A DNA stretch of 64,000 nt, taken from contig CAVTSJ010000014.1 of the NCBI GenBank assembly GCA_963737325.1, positions 106,347-170,346 on the forward strand. Direction: 5' to 3'. The position numbers and the translations under genes are program-made. The stretch comes from an uncultured Acidobacteriaceae bacterium. GTDB taxonomy: Bacteria; Acidobacteriota; Terriglobia; Terriglobales; Acidobacteriaceae. The notes below the pieces were generated by a model. The model did no database searches, was not told where the DNA came from, and worked only from the letters and a program-made list of their open reading frames with translations. Shown piece after piece: positions 55,240 to 64,000 of the stretch. Each line of letters opens with the position of its first letter. The stretch's first letter is position 1.

Positions 55240-56157
55240 GTGAGAGTTAGAGCGTTGGCGGTGGTGGGGTTGTTGCTGGCTCTGGCGCCGACGGGGTTTG
55301 CGCAGACGCATGGGGTGAGCGGTGCGGAGGTGATGCGGCTGACGCAGGCCTATGTGAATGCGGCGCCGAAGCGGTATATCGGATCACCGGGGCATGCGGC
55401 GGCTGAGGCGTTTATCAAGGACCACTTCAAGCCGGAGATCGCGAAGGGCGATTTTGTCGATGACAAGTTCACGGCGCGGACGCCCATTGGGCCGTTGACG
55501 ATGCATAACCTGATTGTGAAGTTTCCGGGGAAGAAGGACGGGATAATTGTCCTGGCATCCCACTATGAGACCAACTATTGGCTGAAGGATATTCATTTTA
55601 TCGGGGCGAATGATGGGGCCTGCACTACTGCGCTGCTGATTGCTCTGGGGCAGTATTATCGCGAGCACCCGCCGCAGGGGTATTCGATTTGGCTGTTGTT
55701 TACGGATGGCGAGGAGTCGATTGGGAAGGACTGGACGCACGAGGATTCGCTGTATGGGACGCGGCATATTGCGGCGAAGTGGTCGGGGGATGGAACGCTG
55801 GGGCACATCAAGGCGTTTGTGCTGGCGGACATGATTGGGTGGAAGCATCTGAACATCGATAAGGAGACGAACTCGACGCCCTGGCTGCTGAATTTGCTGG
55901 CGAAGGCGGGGAAAGACACGGGGCATTCGAAGTATTTGTTCCGGGACTCGCAGGCGATTGAAGATGATCATCTGCCGTTTGTGCAGCGCGGGGTTCCGTC
56001 GCTGGATGTGATCGATTTTGAGTATGGGACGGCGCAGGATCCTGAGGCATTTCATCACACGGACCAGGACACGATGGATAAGTTGAGTGTGACGAGTCTG
56101 CAGGTGGCGGCGGATTTGTTTCTGGATTTGGTTAAGTTGATTGATCAGCGGGGGTAG
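55240..56157 (+). CDS. Secreted M28-family zinc enzyme, animal-type glutaminyl-cyclase-like
   Basis: SHYE, GANDG, DGEE, ADM, IEDDHLPF--RGVP, HHT--D. Confidence 0.8.
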   Translation: MRVRALAVVGLLLALAPTGFAQTHGVSGAEVMRLTQAYVNAAPKRYIGSPGHAAAEAFIKDHFKPEIAKGDFVDDKFTARTPIGPLTMHNLIVKFPGKKDGIIVLASHYETNYWLKDIHFIGANDGACTTALLIALGQYYREHPPQGYSIWLLFTDGEESIGKDWTHEDSLYGTRHIAAKWSGDGTLGHIKAFVLADMIGWKHLNIDKETNSTPWLLNLLAKAGKDTGHSKYLFRDSQAIEDDHLPFVQRGVPSLDVIDFEYGTAQDPEAFHHTDQDTMDKLSVTSLQVAADLFLDLVKLIDQRG

Positions 56158-56170
56158 CTGGCGGGTGGTG

Positions 56171-56262
56171 GCTTCTAGCTAAGGCAAGAACAAGCAACGG
56201 CAAAAGAAGAAGCAGATCCCTGCGGGATGACAGCCAGAAAAACAAGGGCAACGGCAAGGGCA
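56171..56262. repeat. Composite intergenic repeat: AGCT heptamer remnant, GCAACGGCAA direct repeats, small ATCCC/GGGAT hairpin
   Basis: GCTTCTAGCTAAGGCAA is shared with 57225-57243; ATCCC-TGC-GGGAT-GACA at 56216-56232. Confidence 0.55.
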
Positions 56263-56300
56263 TCGCGCTATGGGGCGTGTAGGCTTTCAGAAGACTCTCG

Positions 56301-57218
56301 ATGACGCCGATCTCTTACTGGATACTTTTTCATGTCGCGCTGGTGGCCTTGCTGGGGGTGGAGTACCTGGTGCATCGGGCCGTGCCGAATGCCCGGCGCA
56401 AGGCGATGTGGGCGATCGGGATGTGGCTGGCTGCGGCGCTGGGTCTGGCCGTAGTGCTGAGCCGGTTGTATGGCGCCAGGGGGGCGACGCAGTACCTGGC
56501 CGGCTATGCGCTGGAACAGGCGCTATCGCTGGATAATTTGTTCGTGTTTCTGTTGCTGTTCCGTCTGTTTCGGATTCCGCCGAGCAAGCAACCGAAGGTG
56601 TTGTACTGGGGCGTGGCGGGGGCGGTGGTGTTGCGCGGGTCGTTTATTGCGGGCGGCGTGGGGCTGCTGGAGCACTTTCAGTGGGTGGAGTATGTGTTTG
56701 GTGCGCTGCTGCTGGTGGCGGCGGTGCGGTTGATGTATCCGAAGCCGGACGAGGAGCATCCGGAGAAAGCTCCGGTGTGGTTGAAGTGGCTGACCAAGTG
56801 GCGGCCCATCAGTGAGAACCAGAATCACTTTATTGTGGTGGAGGATGGGCAGCGCATGGCCACCGTGATGCTGCTGGCGCTGGTGGCGGTGGAGTTGACC
56901 GATGTGGTGTTTGCGCTGGATTCGATCCCGGCGGTATTGAGTATCACGCGGCAGCCGTTTCTCGCGTATACGTCGAACATTATGGCAGTGATGGGGCTGC
57001 GGTCGTTGTATGTGCTGCTGGCGGCGGGGCTGGCGAGGTTGAAGTATCTGCACTACGGGCTGGGCGCGGTGCTGGCGTTTGCAGCGGTGAAGATGCTGCT
57101 GGCGGATTGGGTGGAGATTGGGCCAGGGGTTTCGCTGGCCGTGATTGCGGGGTTGATGGGGATTACGGTGGCGGTGTCGATGTGGGCGGGGAGAAGAAAG
57201 GCAGCTTCTAGCTTTTAG
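56301..57218 (+). CDS. TerC/Alx-family membrane protein
   Basis: GYALEQALSLDNLFVF, KVL-WG--GA-VLR, VELTDVVFALDSIPA, SNIMAVMGLRSLY. Confidence 0.92.
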   Translation: MTPISYWILFHVALVALLGVEYLVHRAVPNARRKAMWAIGMWLAAALGLAVVLSRLYGARGATQYLAGYALEQALSLDNLFVFLLLFRLFRIPPSKQPKVLYWGVAGAVVLRGSFIAGGVGLLEHFQWVEYVFGALLLVAAVRLMYPKPDEEHPEKAPVWLKWLTKWRPISENQNHFIVVEDGQRMATVMLLALVAVELTDVVFALDSIPAVLSITRQPFLAYTSNIMAVMGLRSLYVLLAAGLARLKYLHYGLGAVLAFAAVKMLLADWVEIGPGVSLAVIAGLMGITVAVSMWAGRRKAASSF

Positions 57219-57234
57219 CTCCTAGCTTCTAGCT
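57203..57234. repeat. Tandem AGCTnnn heptamer array
   Basis: AGCTTCT AGCTTTT AGCTCCT AGCTTCT AGCT. Confidence 0.8.
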
Positions 57235-57294
57235 AAAGGCAACGGCAGCGCCGCTCTCGGCGTTTGGGGTGGGCGCGGGGTATTCTGAAAGACG

Positions 57295-58425
57295 ATGACT
57301 TTTGCGGATGCACGTACGGTGATTGGTGTTCGGACTCCTTCGGCGGAGTACGAGGTGGAGATTGGTTCGGGGTTGGTGGAGTTGGTGGGAGCGCGGGTGG
57401 ATGCGCTGCTGGGCGGCGGGTTGTCGGCCGGCAGGCAGCGGGCGTTTGTGGTGACTTCGCCGGAGATTGATCGGTTGTGGGGGGCACGGTTGGAAGGCGG
57501 CTTCCCTGCTCCGCTTACTAGGTTGATGGTGCCGGCTGGGGAGGAGCATAAGCGGCTGGCGACCGTGGAGAGGCTGGCGGAGGAGTTGGCGGGGTTGGGG
57601 GCGGATCGGGATTCAGTGCTGGTGGCGCTGGGGGGTGGCGTGGTTGGGGACATGACGGGATTCGTGGCGGCGATGTATATGCGCGGGATTCGATATGTGG
57701 GGGTGCCTACTACGGTGCTGGCACAGGTGGATAGTTCGCTGGGTGGGAAGACGGGCGTGAACCTGGCGGCGGGGAAGAATCTGGTGGGGGCGTTTCATCA
57801 TCCGCTGGCAGTGTATTCGGATATTGCTACGCTGGGGACGCTGCCGGCAGAGGAGTTGAGGGCGGGGCTGCAGGAGGCTGTGAAGGCTGGGATTATTCGC
57901 GACCGCGCGCTGTTTGAGTTTTTAGAAAGTGAGAGTGCGGCAGTGCTGGCTGGCGATTCGGACGCGTTGACGCGTGTCGTCGCTGCCAGCGTTCGCGTGA
58001 AGGCAGACGTCGTGAGTGCGGATGAGCGTGAGGGTGGGCTGCGGATGATCTTGAACCTGGGGCACACCCTGGGACATGCGATTGAGGCGGCTACCGGGTA
58101 TAAGCAGTTGCTGCATGGGGAGGCGGTTGCCTGGGGGATGATTGCGGCGTTTGGGATTGCGGCTCGGCGAGGGACTGTCAGTGAGAAAGAAGCCGCGCGG
58201 ATGGAGCGGGCGGTGCGGGCTTATGGGCCTCTGCGTGGGTTTCGGGCGGAGGCTGCGGAGTTGGTAGCGCTGACGGCGAAGGACAAGAAGAATCGGAGTG
58301 GGGCGCGGTCGTTTGTGCTGCCGGTGGGGATTGGGGACGCGGTGGTGGTGAAGGATGTTGGCGAGGCGGAGTTGATGGTGGCGGCGGAGGGGATTGTTGG
58401 TGAGGCGCGGGCGGTGGTGGCGTGA
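57295..58425 (+). CDS. aroB: 3-dehydroquinate synthase
   Basis: [48 protein letters not shown]. Confidence 0.96.
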   Translation: MTFADARTVIGVRTPSAEYEVEIGSGLVELVGARVDALLGGGLSAGRQRAFVVTSPEIDRLWGARLEGGFPAPLTRLMVPAGEEHKRLATVERLAEELAGLGADRDSVLVALGGGVVGDMTGFVAAMYMRGIRYVGVPTTVLAQVDSSLGGKTGVNLAAGKNLVGAFHHPLAVYSDIATLGTLPAEELRAGLQEAVKAGIIRDRALFEFLESESAAVLAGDSDALTRVVAASVRVKADVVSADEREGGLRMILNLGHTLGHAIEAATGYKQLLHGEAVAWGMIAAFGIAARRGTVSEKEAARMERAVRAYGPLRGFRAEAAELVALTAKDKKNRSGARSFVLPVGIGDAVVVKDVGEAELMVAAEGIVGEARAVVA

Positions 58426-58446
58426 GGCCGGATGTGAATGAGCGGA

Positions 58447-58489
58447 GATCCTGCGAACCCATGTCTCAGATGCGAGACATGGGGCACCC
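58447..58489 (+). repeat. REP-like hairpin
   Basis: GATCCTGCGAA-CCCATGTCTC-AGATGC-GAGACATGGG-GCACCC. Confidence 0.85.
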
Positions 58490-58492
58490 ATT

Positions 58493-59284
58493 ATGGTGTC
58501 ACTCCAACAGGCGGGGGTTGTGATGGAGGAGCGGGCGATGGTGAATGCGGGGGCTCGACCGGCTGGAGAGATTAGTGAGGGGGAGGCGGCGGCGCACGTG
58601 CGGGAGATTTTTGATTCGATTGCGCCTAGTTATGATTTGCTGAATCACCTGCTGTCGATGGGGTTGGATCGGCGGTGGTGGGGGCGGGCTGCTCGGAGTT
58701 TTAAGGATGTGCTGGCTCGGCCAAATGCCCGCGTGCTGGATCTGTGTTGCGGGACAGGGGATATGACGGCGGCGTTGTTGAAGCAGCGGCCGTTGAGCGC
58801 GGAGCCCGTGACGGGGTTGGATTTTTCTGGTGAGATGCTGGAGCGGGCGAAGGCGAAATATGGCGGCGCGAATGCGGTTTGGGTGCAGGGCGATGCGATG
58901 CATCTGCCGTATGCGGATGGGACTTTTGATTTAGTTACAGCGGCGTTTGGGTTTCGGAATCTGACGAACTATGCGGAGGGGTTGGCGGAGATCTATCGGG
59001 TGCTGGCGCCGGGGGGGCGCGTGGGGATTTTGGAATGCAATCAGCCGGATGGGCTGCGGGGGTTTGGGTATGGGATTTATTTTCAGCATGTGTTGCCGGT
59101 GGTGGGTGGGATGATCTCGGGGAAGCGGAAGGCGTATCGGTATTTGCCGGAGTCGGTGATGCGGTTTCCTCGGCCAAAGCAGATGCTGGGGATGATGCGC
59201 GAGGCGGGGTTTGTGGATGGTGCGTGGGATGGGTACTTGTTGCGGGCGGCGGGGCTTTATCGGGGGGCGAAGCCGGCTGCATAG
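58493..59284 (+). CDS. ubiE: UbiE/MenG C-methyltransferase
   Basis: FDSIAPSYDLLNHLLSMG-D--W, LDLCCGTGD, AFGFRN, AYRYLPESV. Start is uncertain. Confidence 0.92.
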   Translation: MVSLQQAGVVMEERAMVNAGARPAGEISEGEAAAHVREIFDSIAPSYDLLNHLLSMGLDRRWWGRAARSFKDVLARPNARVLDLCCGTGDMTAALLKQRPLSAEPVTGLDFSGEMLERAKAKYGGANAVWVQGDAMHLPYADGTFDLVTAAFGFRNLTNYAEGLAEIYRVLAPGGRVGILECNQPDGLRGFGYGIYFQHVLPVVGGMISGKRKAYRYLPESVMRFPRPKQMLGMMREAGFVDGAWDGYLLRAAGLYRGAKPAA

Positions 59285-59383
59285 AAGAGAAATGTGCTGA
59301 TGCAGCGGTTTGGGGCGTGTATGCTCATGGCGATGGGGCTCGGGGTAAACGCGGCGGGGAGAGGCTAGCTACAGCGACAAGCG

Positions 59384-60865
59384 ATGATGCAGACCGAGCG
59401 CACGATGCAGACGAATCATGGAACGATGCTGCCAGGGAACGGCGGGACGGCGGCGAAGCGGTCGGCGGCACAGGCGAGTGTGCTGGCGGCTGTGGGGATT
59501 ACGCTGCTGAAGTTGTTGACGGGGATCCTGGCTGGGTCGCTGGGGATGTTGAGCGAGGCGGCGCACTCGTTTATTGATTTGATTGCGTCGGCGATTACGC
59601 TGCTGACGGTGCGCGCGGCCGATATGCCTGCGGATGAAGAGCACAACTACGGGCATGGCAAGGTGGAGAGCTTGTCGGCGGCGTTTGAGATTGTGCTGAT
59701 GGTGGCGTCTTGCGTGTGGATTGCGCGCGAGGCGATTCAGCGGATGGTGCATCATGAGCACCTGGAACTGCGCTGGTCGGTATGGCCGTTTGCGGTGCTG
59801 GTGCTGTCGATGGCGGTGGATTGGACGCGGTCGCGATCGTTGCACCGGGTGGCGCGGGAGCACCGGAGCGATGCGCTGGAAGCGGATGCAGTGCACTTTG
59901 GGACCGACATCTGGTCGTCGGCCGCGGTGTTCCTGGGCTTGCTGGCGGCGTTTGCGGGAGAGAAGCTGCATGTGCCGGCGCTGGAGTATGCGGATCCGAT
60001 TGCGGCGCTGATTGTGGCTGCGATTATTTTGCGGGTGACGTGGGGGCTGACGCGGCAGACGGTGGATTCCCTGCTGGATGCGACGCCGCCGGAGGTGCGG
60101 GAACAGATTCGTCGCGATTTGATTCGCGATCTGGAGGCGGAAGAGGGCGTGCTGTCGGTGAACCGGGTGCGGGTGCGGCGGTCGGGGTCGAATTATTTTG
60201 TGGATCTGACGCTGAGCCTGCCGCGGCGGATTACGTTTTCGCGGTCGGAGCAGATTACCGCTGCGGCTACTGAGGCGGTGCAGCGGCTGCTGCCGGGGGC
60301 GGACGTGGTGATCCATACGGTGCCGACGGCTGCGCTGGGAGAGAGCGTGTTCGACAAGGTGCGGGCGGTTGCGGCGCGGTCGAATCTTTCCATTCATGAT
60401 GTGAGTGTTCGGCAATATGACGGAGCGCTGCATGTGGAGCAGCACCTGGAGGTTCCGGAGACGATGACGCTGCGCGAGGCGCATGAGGTGGTGACCGCGC
60501 TCGAGACGGAGATGAAGCGCGAGGTGCCGGGGATTGCGACGCTGCTGACGCATATTGAGAGCGAACCGGCGACGATTGCGGAGGCGTCGCAGATTGATCC
60601 GAGCAAGAATCTTGAGAATCAGCTGAGGGCAACCGCGAGTCATTATCCGGAGATTCTGGATATTCACGAGATCTCGTTGACACGCGGGCATGGAGGCGCG
60701 GCGAACAGCGTGCAGGTGAACCTGCATTGCACGCTGCCAGATGACCTTCCGATGGAGGCCGTGCACGAGGTGATTACGAACTTCGAGAGCGAGTTTCGGC
60801 TGGACCATCCGCAGGTGTCGCGGGTATTTATTCATCCGGAGCCGGCTACGGATAATCGGCGGTAG
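59384..60865 (+). CDS. Cation diffusion facilitator with repeated C-terminal dimerisation domains
   Basis: SEAAHS--D, PADEEHNYGHGKVE, LEADAVH---D, three ZT_dimer-like segments. Confidence 0.92.
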   Translation: MMQTERTMQTNHGTMLPGNGGTAAKRSAAQASVLAAVGITLLKLLTGILAGSLGMLSEAAHSFIDLIASAITLLTVRAADMPADEEHNYGHGKVESLSAAFEIVLMVASCVWIAREAIQRMVHHEHLELRWSVWPFAVLVLSMAVDWTRSRSLHRVAREHRSDALEADAVHFGTDIWSSAAVFLGLLAAFAGEKLHVPALEYADPIAALIVAAIILRVTWGLTRQTVDSLLDATPPEVREQIRRDLIRDLEAEEGVLSVNRVRVRRSGSNYFVDLTLSLPRRITFSRSEQITAAATEAVQRLLPGADVVIHTVPTAALGESVFDKVRAVAARSNLSIHDVSVRQYDGALHVEQHLEVPETMTLREAHEVVTALETEMKREVPGIATLLTHIESEPATIAEASQIDPSKNLENQLRATASHYPEILDIHEISLTRGHGGAANSVQVNLHCTLPDDLPMEAVHEVITNFESEFRLDHPQVSRVFIHPEPATDNRR

Positions 60866-60871
60866 AAGAGC

Positions 60872-60947
60872 AGCTACTAGCTTTTAGCTTTTTGTTGCAG
60901 GTGCTGGCGCTTGAGGCTCTTAGCTAGAAGCTAGAAGCTAAGAGCTA
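60872..60947. repeat. Inverted pair of AGCTnnn heptamer arrays
   Basis: AGCTACT AGCTTTT AGCTTTT (60872-60892) versus AGCTAGA AGCTAGA AGCTAAG AGCTA (60922-60947). Confidence 0.75.
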
Positions 60948-60966
60948 ACTGTATTCTGGGGCTGCG

Positions 60967-61812
60967 ATGAAGCGTTGGATTGGCTGGGTGATGATGGGGT
61001 TGGCGATGCTGGCGGTGATGCTGGTGTCGGCGGCGGTAACGCTGCGGTTTGCGCTGCATGGGCACGAGGTGACGATTCCGGACTTTGCGGGAATGACGGT
61101 GGGGGAGGCCAGCCAGGCCGCGCTGCAGACGGGCGTGGATCTGAATATCGAGAACAAGTTTTATTCGACTACCGTGCCCGTGGGGAGGGTGCTGTCGCAA
61201 GCGCCGGCGGCGGGGTCGCGGGTGCGGCATGGGTGGCAGGTGAGGGTGACGGAGAGCCTGGGGCCGCAGCAGGTGACGATTCCGGATGTGGTGGGAGACC
61301 CGGTACAGGAAGCGTCGATGGAGATACGCAAGATGCAGCTGGACCTGGGGACGCTGGCACATATTGGGGCGCCGGGAGACCCGGACATGACGCTGGCGCA
61401 GACGCCGCCGCCGAATGCGGGAGTGGACCAGCCGCGGGTGAATTTGCTGCTGAGCTCTTCGGTGAATGCGTCGAGTGCGTTTGTGATGCCGTCGTTTGTG
61501 GGGATGAGTTTTGGGTCGGCGAACCGGGCGGCGATTGGGCTGGGGCTGAAGGTGGCGACAATTGGGGGTGTGCCGGCACCAACCCCTGCACCGGCACCGG
61601 CGCCTGCGGCTCCCGCTGTGCCGGGGCAGCCGGTTGTTCCTGCTGCGCCCGTCGCGCCGGCGGTGCCGAGTGGGGTGGTGACGGAACAGTCGCCGGAGTC
61701 GGGGTTCAAGGCGAGCAAGGGAGATGTAATCCGGCTGACTATCGGGGCGAGTGGGGCTGCCGCGGCGCCGGTGGCTCCCGCGGTCAATGCGACGGCTCCG
61801 GCGCAGCACTAG
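60967..61812 (+). CDS. PASTA-domain membrane-anchored protein without kinase domain
   Basis: TM helix; IPDFAG, IPDVVG, MPSFVG PASTA starts; Pro/Ala linker. Confidence 0.88.
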   Translation: MKRWIGWVMMGLAMLAVMLVSAAVTLRFALHGHEVTIPDFAGMTVGEASQAALQTGVDLNIENKFYSTTVPVGRVLSQAPAAGSRVRHGWQVRVTESLGPQQVTIPDVVGDPVQEASMEIRKMQLDLGTLAHIGAPGDPDMTLAQTPPPNAGVDQPRVNLLLSSSVNASSAFVMPSFVGMSFGSANRAAIGLGLKVATIGGVPAPTPAPAPAPAAPAVPGQPVVPAAPVAPAVPSGVVTEQSPESGFKASKGDVIRLTIGASGAAAAPVAPAVNATAPAQH

Positions 61813-61839
61813 CGGCGACAGAGTTGGGGAGAGCCCCTG

Positions 61840-61883
61840 GATCCTGCGAAACCCATGTCTCAGAAGCGAGATATGGGGCACCC
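61840..61883 (+). repeat. REP-like hairpin
   Basis: GATCCTGCGAAA-CCCATGTCTC-AGAAGC-GAGATATGGG-GCACCC. Confidence 0.85.
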
Positions 61884-61905
61884 GGAGTGGTGGCGCGATG
61901 AAGAT

Positions 61906-63249
61906 TTAGGGGCGGTGGAGGAGTGCGGCGAAGAAGCCGTCGCCAGAGAAGTTTGCGCCGGGGAGGGTACGGAGGTGGCCGTTGCGGAGGAGGTTGGTGG
62001 GGGTTTCCGTAAGGAGGCCGGTTGAATTTAGCTGATTGAGGGTGGGTTGGAGGGAGGGGTTGGTGATGGCGGGGGTGGCGGCGAGAACGGCGGCGATCAC
62101 TTGCTCGTTCTCTTCGGGTTCGAGCGAGCAGGTGGAGTAGAGGAGATGGCCCCCGGGGGAGAGGCGGGCGAGGGCGGCGATGAGGATCTCGCGCTGGCGG
62201 GTGGCCTGGCGCGGGAGGTCGGAGGGCTGGAGGCGGTGGCGGATCTCGGGATTGCGGCTGAGGGTGCCGGTGCCGCTGCAGGGGACATCGCAGAGGATGA
62301 GGTCGAAGAGGCCTTCGGCTTCGGGGAGGGCGGTGGCATCGGCATGGAGGGTGCGGGTTTGGGGGGCCGTGGCTTCGAGGCGGGTGGTTAGGGATTGGAG
62401 GCGGCGGTGGTTGGCGTCGGTGGCGAGAAGGTGGGCGGCGGAGTGGCGATGGGAGAGGACCAGGGTTTTGCCGCCGGGGGCGGCGCAGGTGTCCCAGATG
62501 CGGGTTGGGTTGGGGTGGGCAGCGGCGGCTAGCTCGGCCACTAGGCGGGAGCCGTCGTCCAACTGCGGGAGGTCGGCTTGGGCGGGGGCGAAGAGGGTGT
62601 TAGGTTGCGGCTCGGTTTGGTCGTGGGCGAGGATAGCGAGAGCTGCGGCTCGGCCGTAGTTCTGTACCCATCGGTTGGCTAACCAGAGGGGGTGGGCGAG
62701 GCGCTCGGCGAAGGCGGCGGCAGTTTCGAAGAGTTTGGGCTTGGCGGCTGGCTGGCGGGTGAGGTTGCGGAGGATGGCGTTGACCATTCCGGCGGCGTGA
62801 GGATGGCCGGCGGCGCGAACGAGCTCTACCGACTCGGAGAGGGCGGCGTGGGCGGGGATGCGGTCGAGGTGCAGGAGCTGGAAGGCTCCCATGCGGAGTG
62901 CGGTGGCCACGGGGGTGGGGAGTGACAGGTCGGGACGCTGGAGGAGGGGTTGGATACGGGCGTCGAGGGCGAGCTGCCAACGGAGGACGCCAAGGACGAG
63001 GGTGTGGGCGAGGTTACGATCGGCCTGGGACAGGGCGAACATGCCGGTGCCGTGGAGGAGGTCGTCGGAGTGGGCGGAGGTATCCGCTACGCGGAGGAGA
63101 ATGGCGAAGGCGGCGGATCGGGCGGGGGTGATAGGGCCGTGAGTGGGATTCTGGGGCTGTGCAAAATTTTGCGGGTCGCGAGACGTTTGCGCAGAGTTTT
63201 GCACAGGAGGTTTGGCGCGGCGGAGCTTCGAGGAGGGAGGCTTGGGCAT
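61906..63249 (-). CDS. rsmB: RsmB/Sun 16S rRNA m5C methyltransferase (NusB-like N domain)
   Basis: DTCAAPGGKT, DVPCSGTG, RNPEIR, YSTCSL--EENE; downstream of fmt. Start is uncertain. Confidence 0.9.
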   Translation of the reverse strand: MPKPPSSKLRRAKPPVQNSAQTSRDPQNFAQPQNPTHGPITPARSAAFAILLRVADTSAHSDDLLHGTGMFALSQADRNLAHTLVLGVLRWQLALDARIQPLLQRPDLSLPTPVATALRMGAFQLLHLDRIPAHAALSESVELVRAAGHPHAAGMVNAILRNLTRQPAAKPKLFETAAAFAERLAHPLWLANRWVQNYGRAAALAILAHDQTEPQPNTLFAPAQADLPQLDDGSRLVAELAAAAHPNPTRIWDTCAAPGGKTLVLSHRHSAAHLLATDANHRRLQSLTTRLEATAPQTRTLHADATALPEAEGLFDLILCDVPCSGTGTLSRNPEIRHRLQPSDLPRQATRQREILIAALARLSPGGHLLYSTCSLEPEENEQVIAAVLAATPAITNPSLQPTLNQLNSTGLLTETPTNLLRNGHLRTLPGANFSGDGFFAALLHRP

Positions 63250-63347
63250 GAGGTCGATACGGTTGATGGCTTCTGGCTTTCAGATTTTAACTTCCGGAGT
63301 TTGTTTAGATATCTTATGGATATTATTGTATTGGCGATGTCTAACTG

Positions 63348-64000
63348 TTACTCAATAGCTTCGATGGGGAGAAGCTGGAAGTCTGTTGCGAATTGGAGGC
63401 CGGACAGGCGGGGCTTCCCTTCGAGCTGGACCTCGTCTAGGGCCAGGACGGAATTCTGGGCTGCCCCTACCAGGAGGTGGCCTGTGGAAAAGTCTAGCTG
63501 ATTCGGTTGGAGATCTGTGGAAGTGGTTGAGGGATGCATGCGGTGAATGATGAAGCGCTTGCCGCGAAAGAGGGAGTGGGCTCCGGGCCAGGGCGTGAAG
63601 CCACGCCAGCGATTGTAGGTTTCCTGCGCGGTTCGGTGCTTTAGATCGAGGCGGCCATCTTCGCGCGTGAGGATTGGAGCTAGCGTGGCGGCGGCGTTGT
63701 CCTGGGACTGGGGGGTAATGGTTCCGTTCTCTATGCCAGAAAGTGTTTGGAGTAAGAGATTTGCGCCGATCTGCGAAAGTTGTGGATAAAGGTCTGGAAA
63801 GGTAGTGTCGGGGCCTATGGGACAGCTCTGGAAAAGCAGTGTATCTCCTGTGTCGAGCCCGACGTCGAGGAGCATGGTGGTGACGCCAGTCTCGGTTTCG
63901 CCGTTGGCGATGGCCCATTGGATGGGGGCGGCTCCGCGGTATTTGGGGAGGAGCGACCCGTGGACGTTGATGTTGCCATAGCGCGGGAGGTCGAGCATCC
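63348..64000 (-). CDS. fmt: Methionyl-tRNA formyltransferase (3' part; runs off the window)
   Basis: INVHGSLLPKYRGAAPIQWA, GVTTM--D-GLDTGD, TPWPGA. Confidence 0.96.
   Translation of the reverse strand, partial: MLDLPRYGNINVHGSLLPKYRGAAPIQWAIANGETETGVTTMLLDVGLDTGDTLLFQSCPIGPDTTFPDLYPQLSQIGANLLLQTLSGIENGTITPQSQDNAAATLAPILTREDGRLDLKHRTAQETYNRWRGFTPWPGAHSLFRGKRFIIHRMHPSTTSTDLQPNQLDFSTGHLLVGAAQNSVLALDEVQLEGKPRLSGLQFATDFQLLPIEAIE

Overview
A 64 kb chromosomal window, inferred from gene content and repeat style to come from an Acidobacteriaceae (Terriglobales)-like bacterium. It is mostly housekeeping: rsmA, ruvC, amidase-GerMN-murI, fabI, uup-like ABC-F, bshC, csp, polX, citrate synthase, atpF'FHAGDC, hfq-hflX, tatBC, aroB, ubiE/menG, rsmB and fmt. 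A sugar/fermentation block at 22-35 kb holds xfp-ackA-adh, an ExuT-like MFS, ROK, SDR, a GH5-like hydrolase, a KdgK-like kinase and LacI, and ends at a tRNA-Glu. I found no CRISPR array, integrase, transposase or prophage. Best leads: (1) an animal-type glutaminyl-cyclase-like M28 gene abutting tatC, while 6 of 7 predicted signal-peptidase-I substrates in the window start with Gln, suggesting an Acidobacterial pyroglutamate 'Q-rule'; (2) a low-GC orphan membrane-anchored gene coupled between atpG and atpD, plus gamma-subunit insertions and a signal-peptide-like extension on subunit b; (3) a REP-like hairpin family with compensatory changes, one copy in frame inside tatB, and another hairpin inside the rsmB 5' extension; (4) a possibly pseudoknotted or bistable RNA element between hflX and the atp promoter. 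At least seven single-base insertions (xfp x3, ROK, kinase, tRNA-Glu x2) cluster at 23.8-35 kb and are most likely consensus errors. All function calls come from motif recognition by eye; no searches were run.
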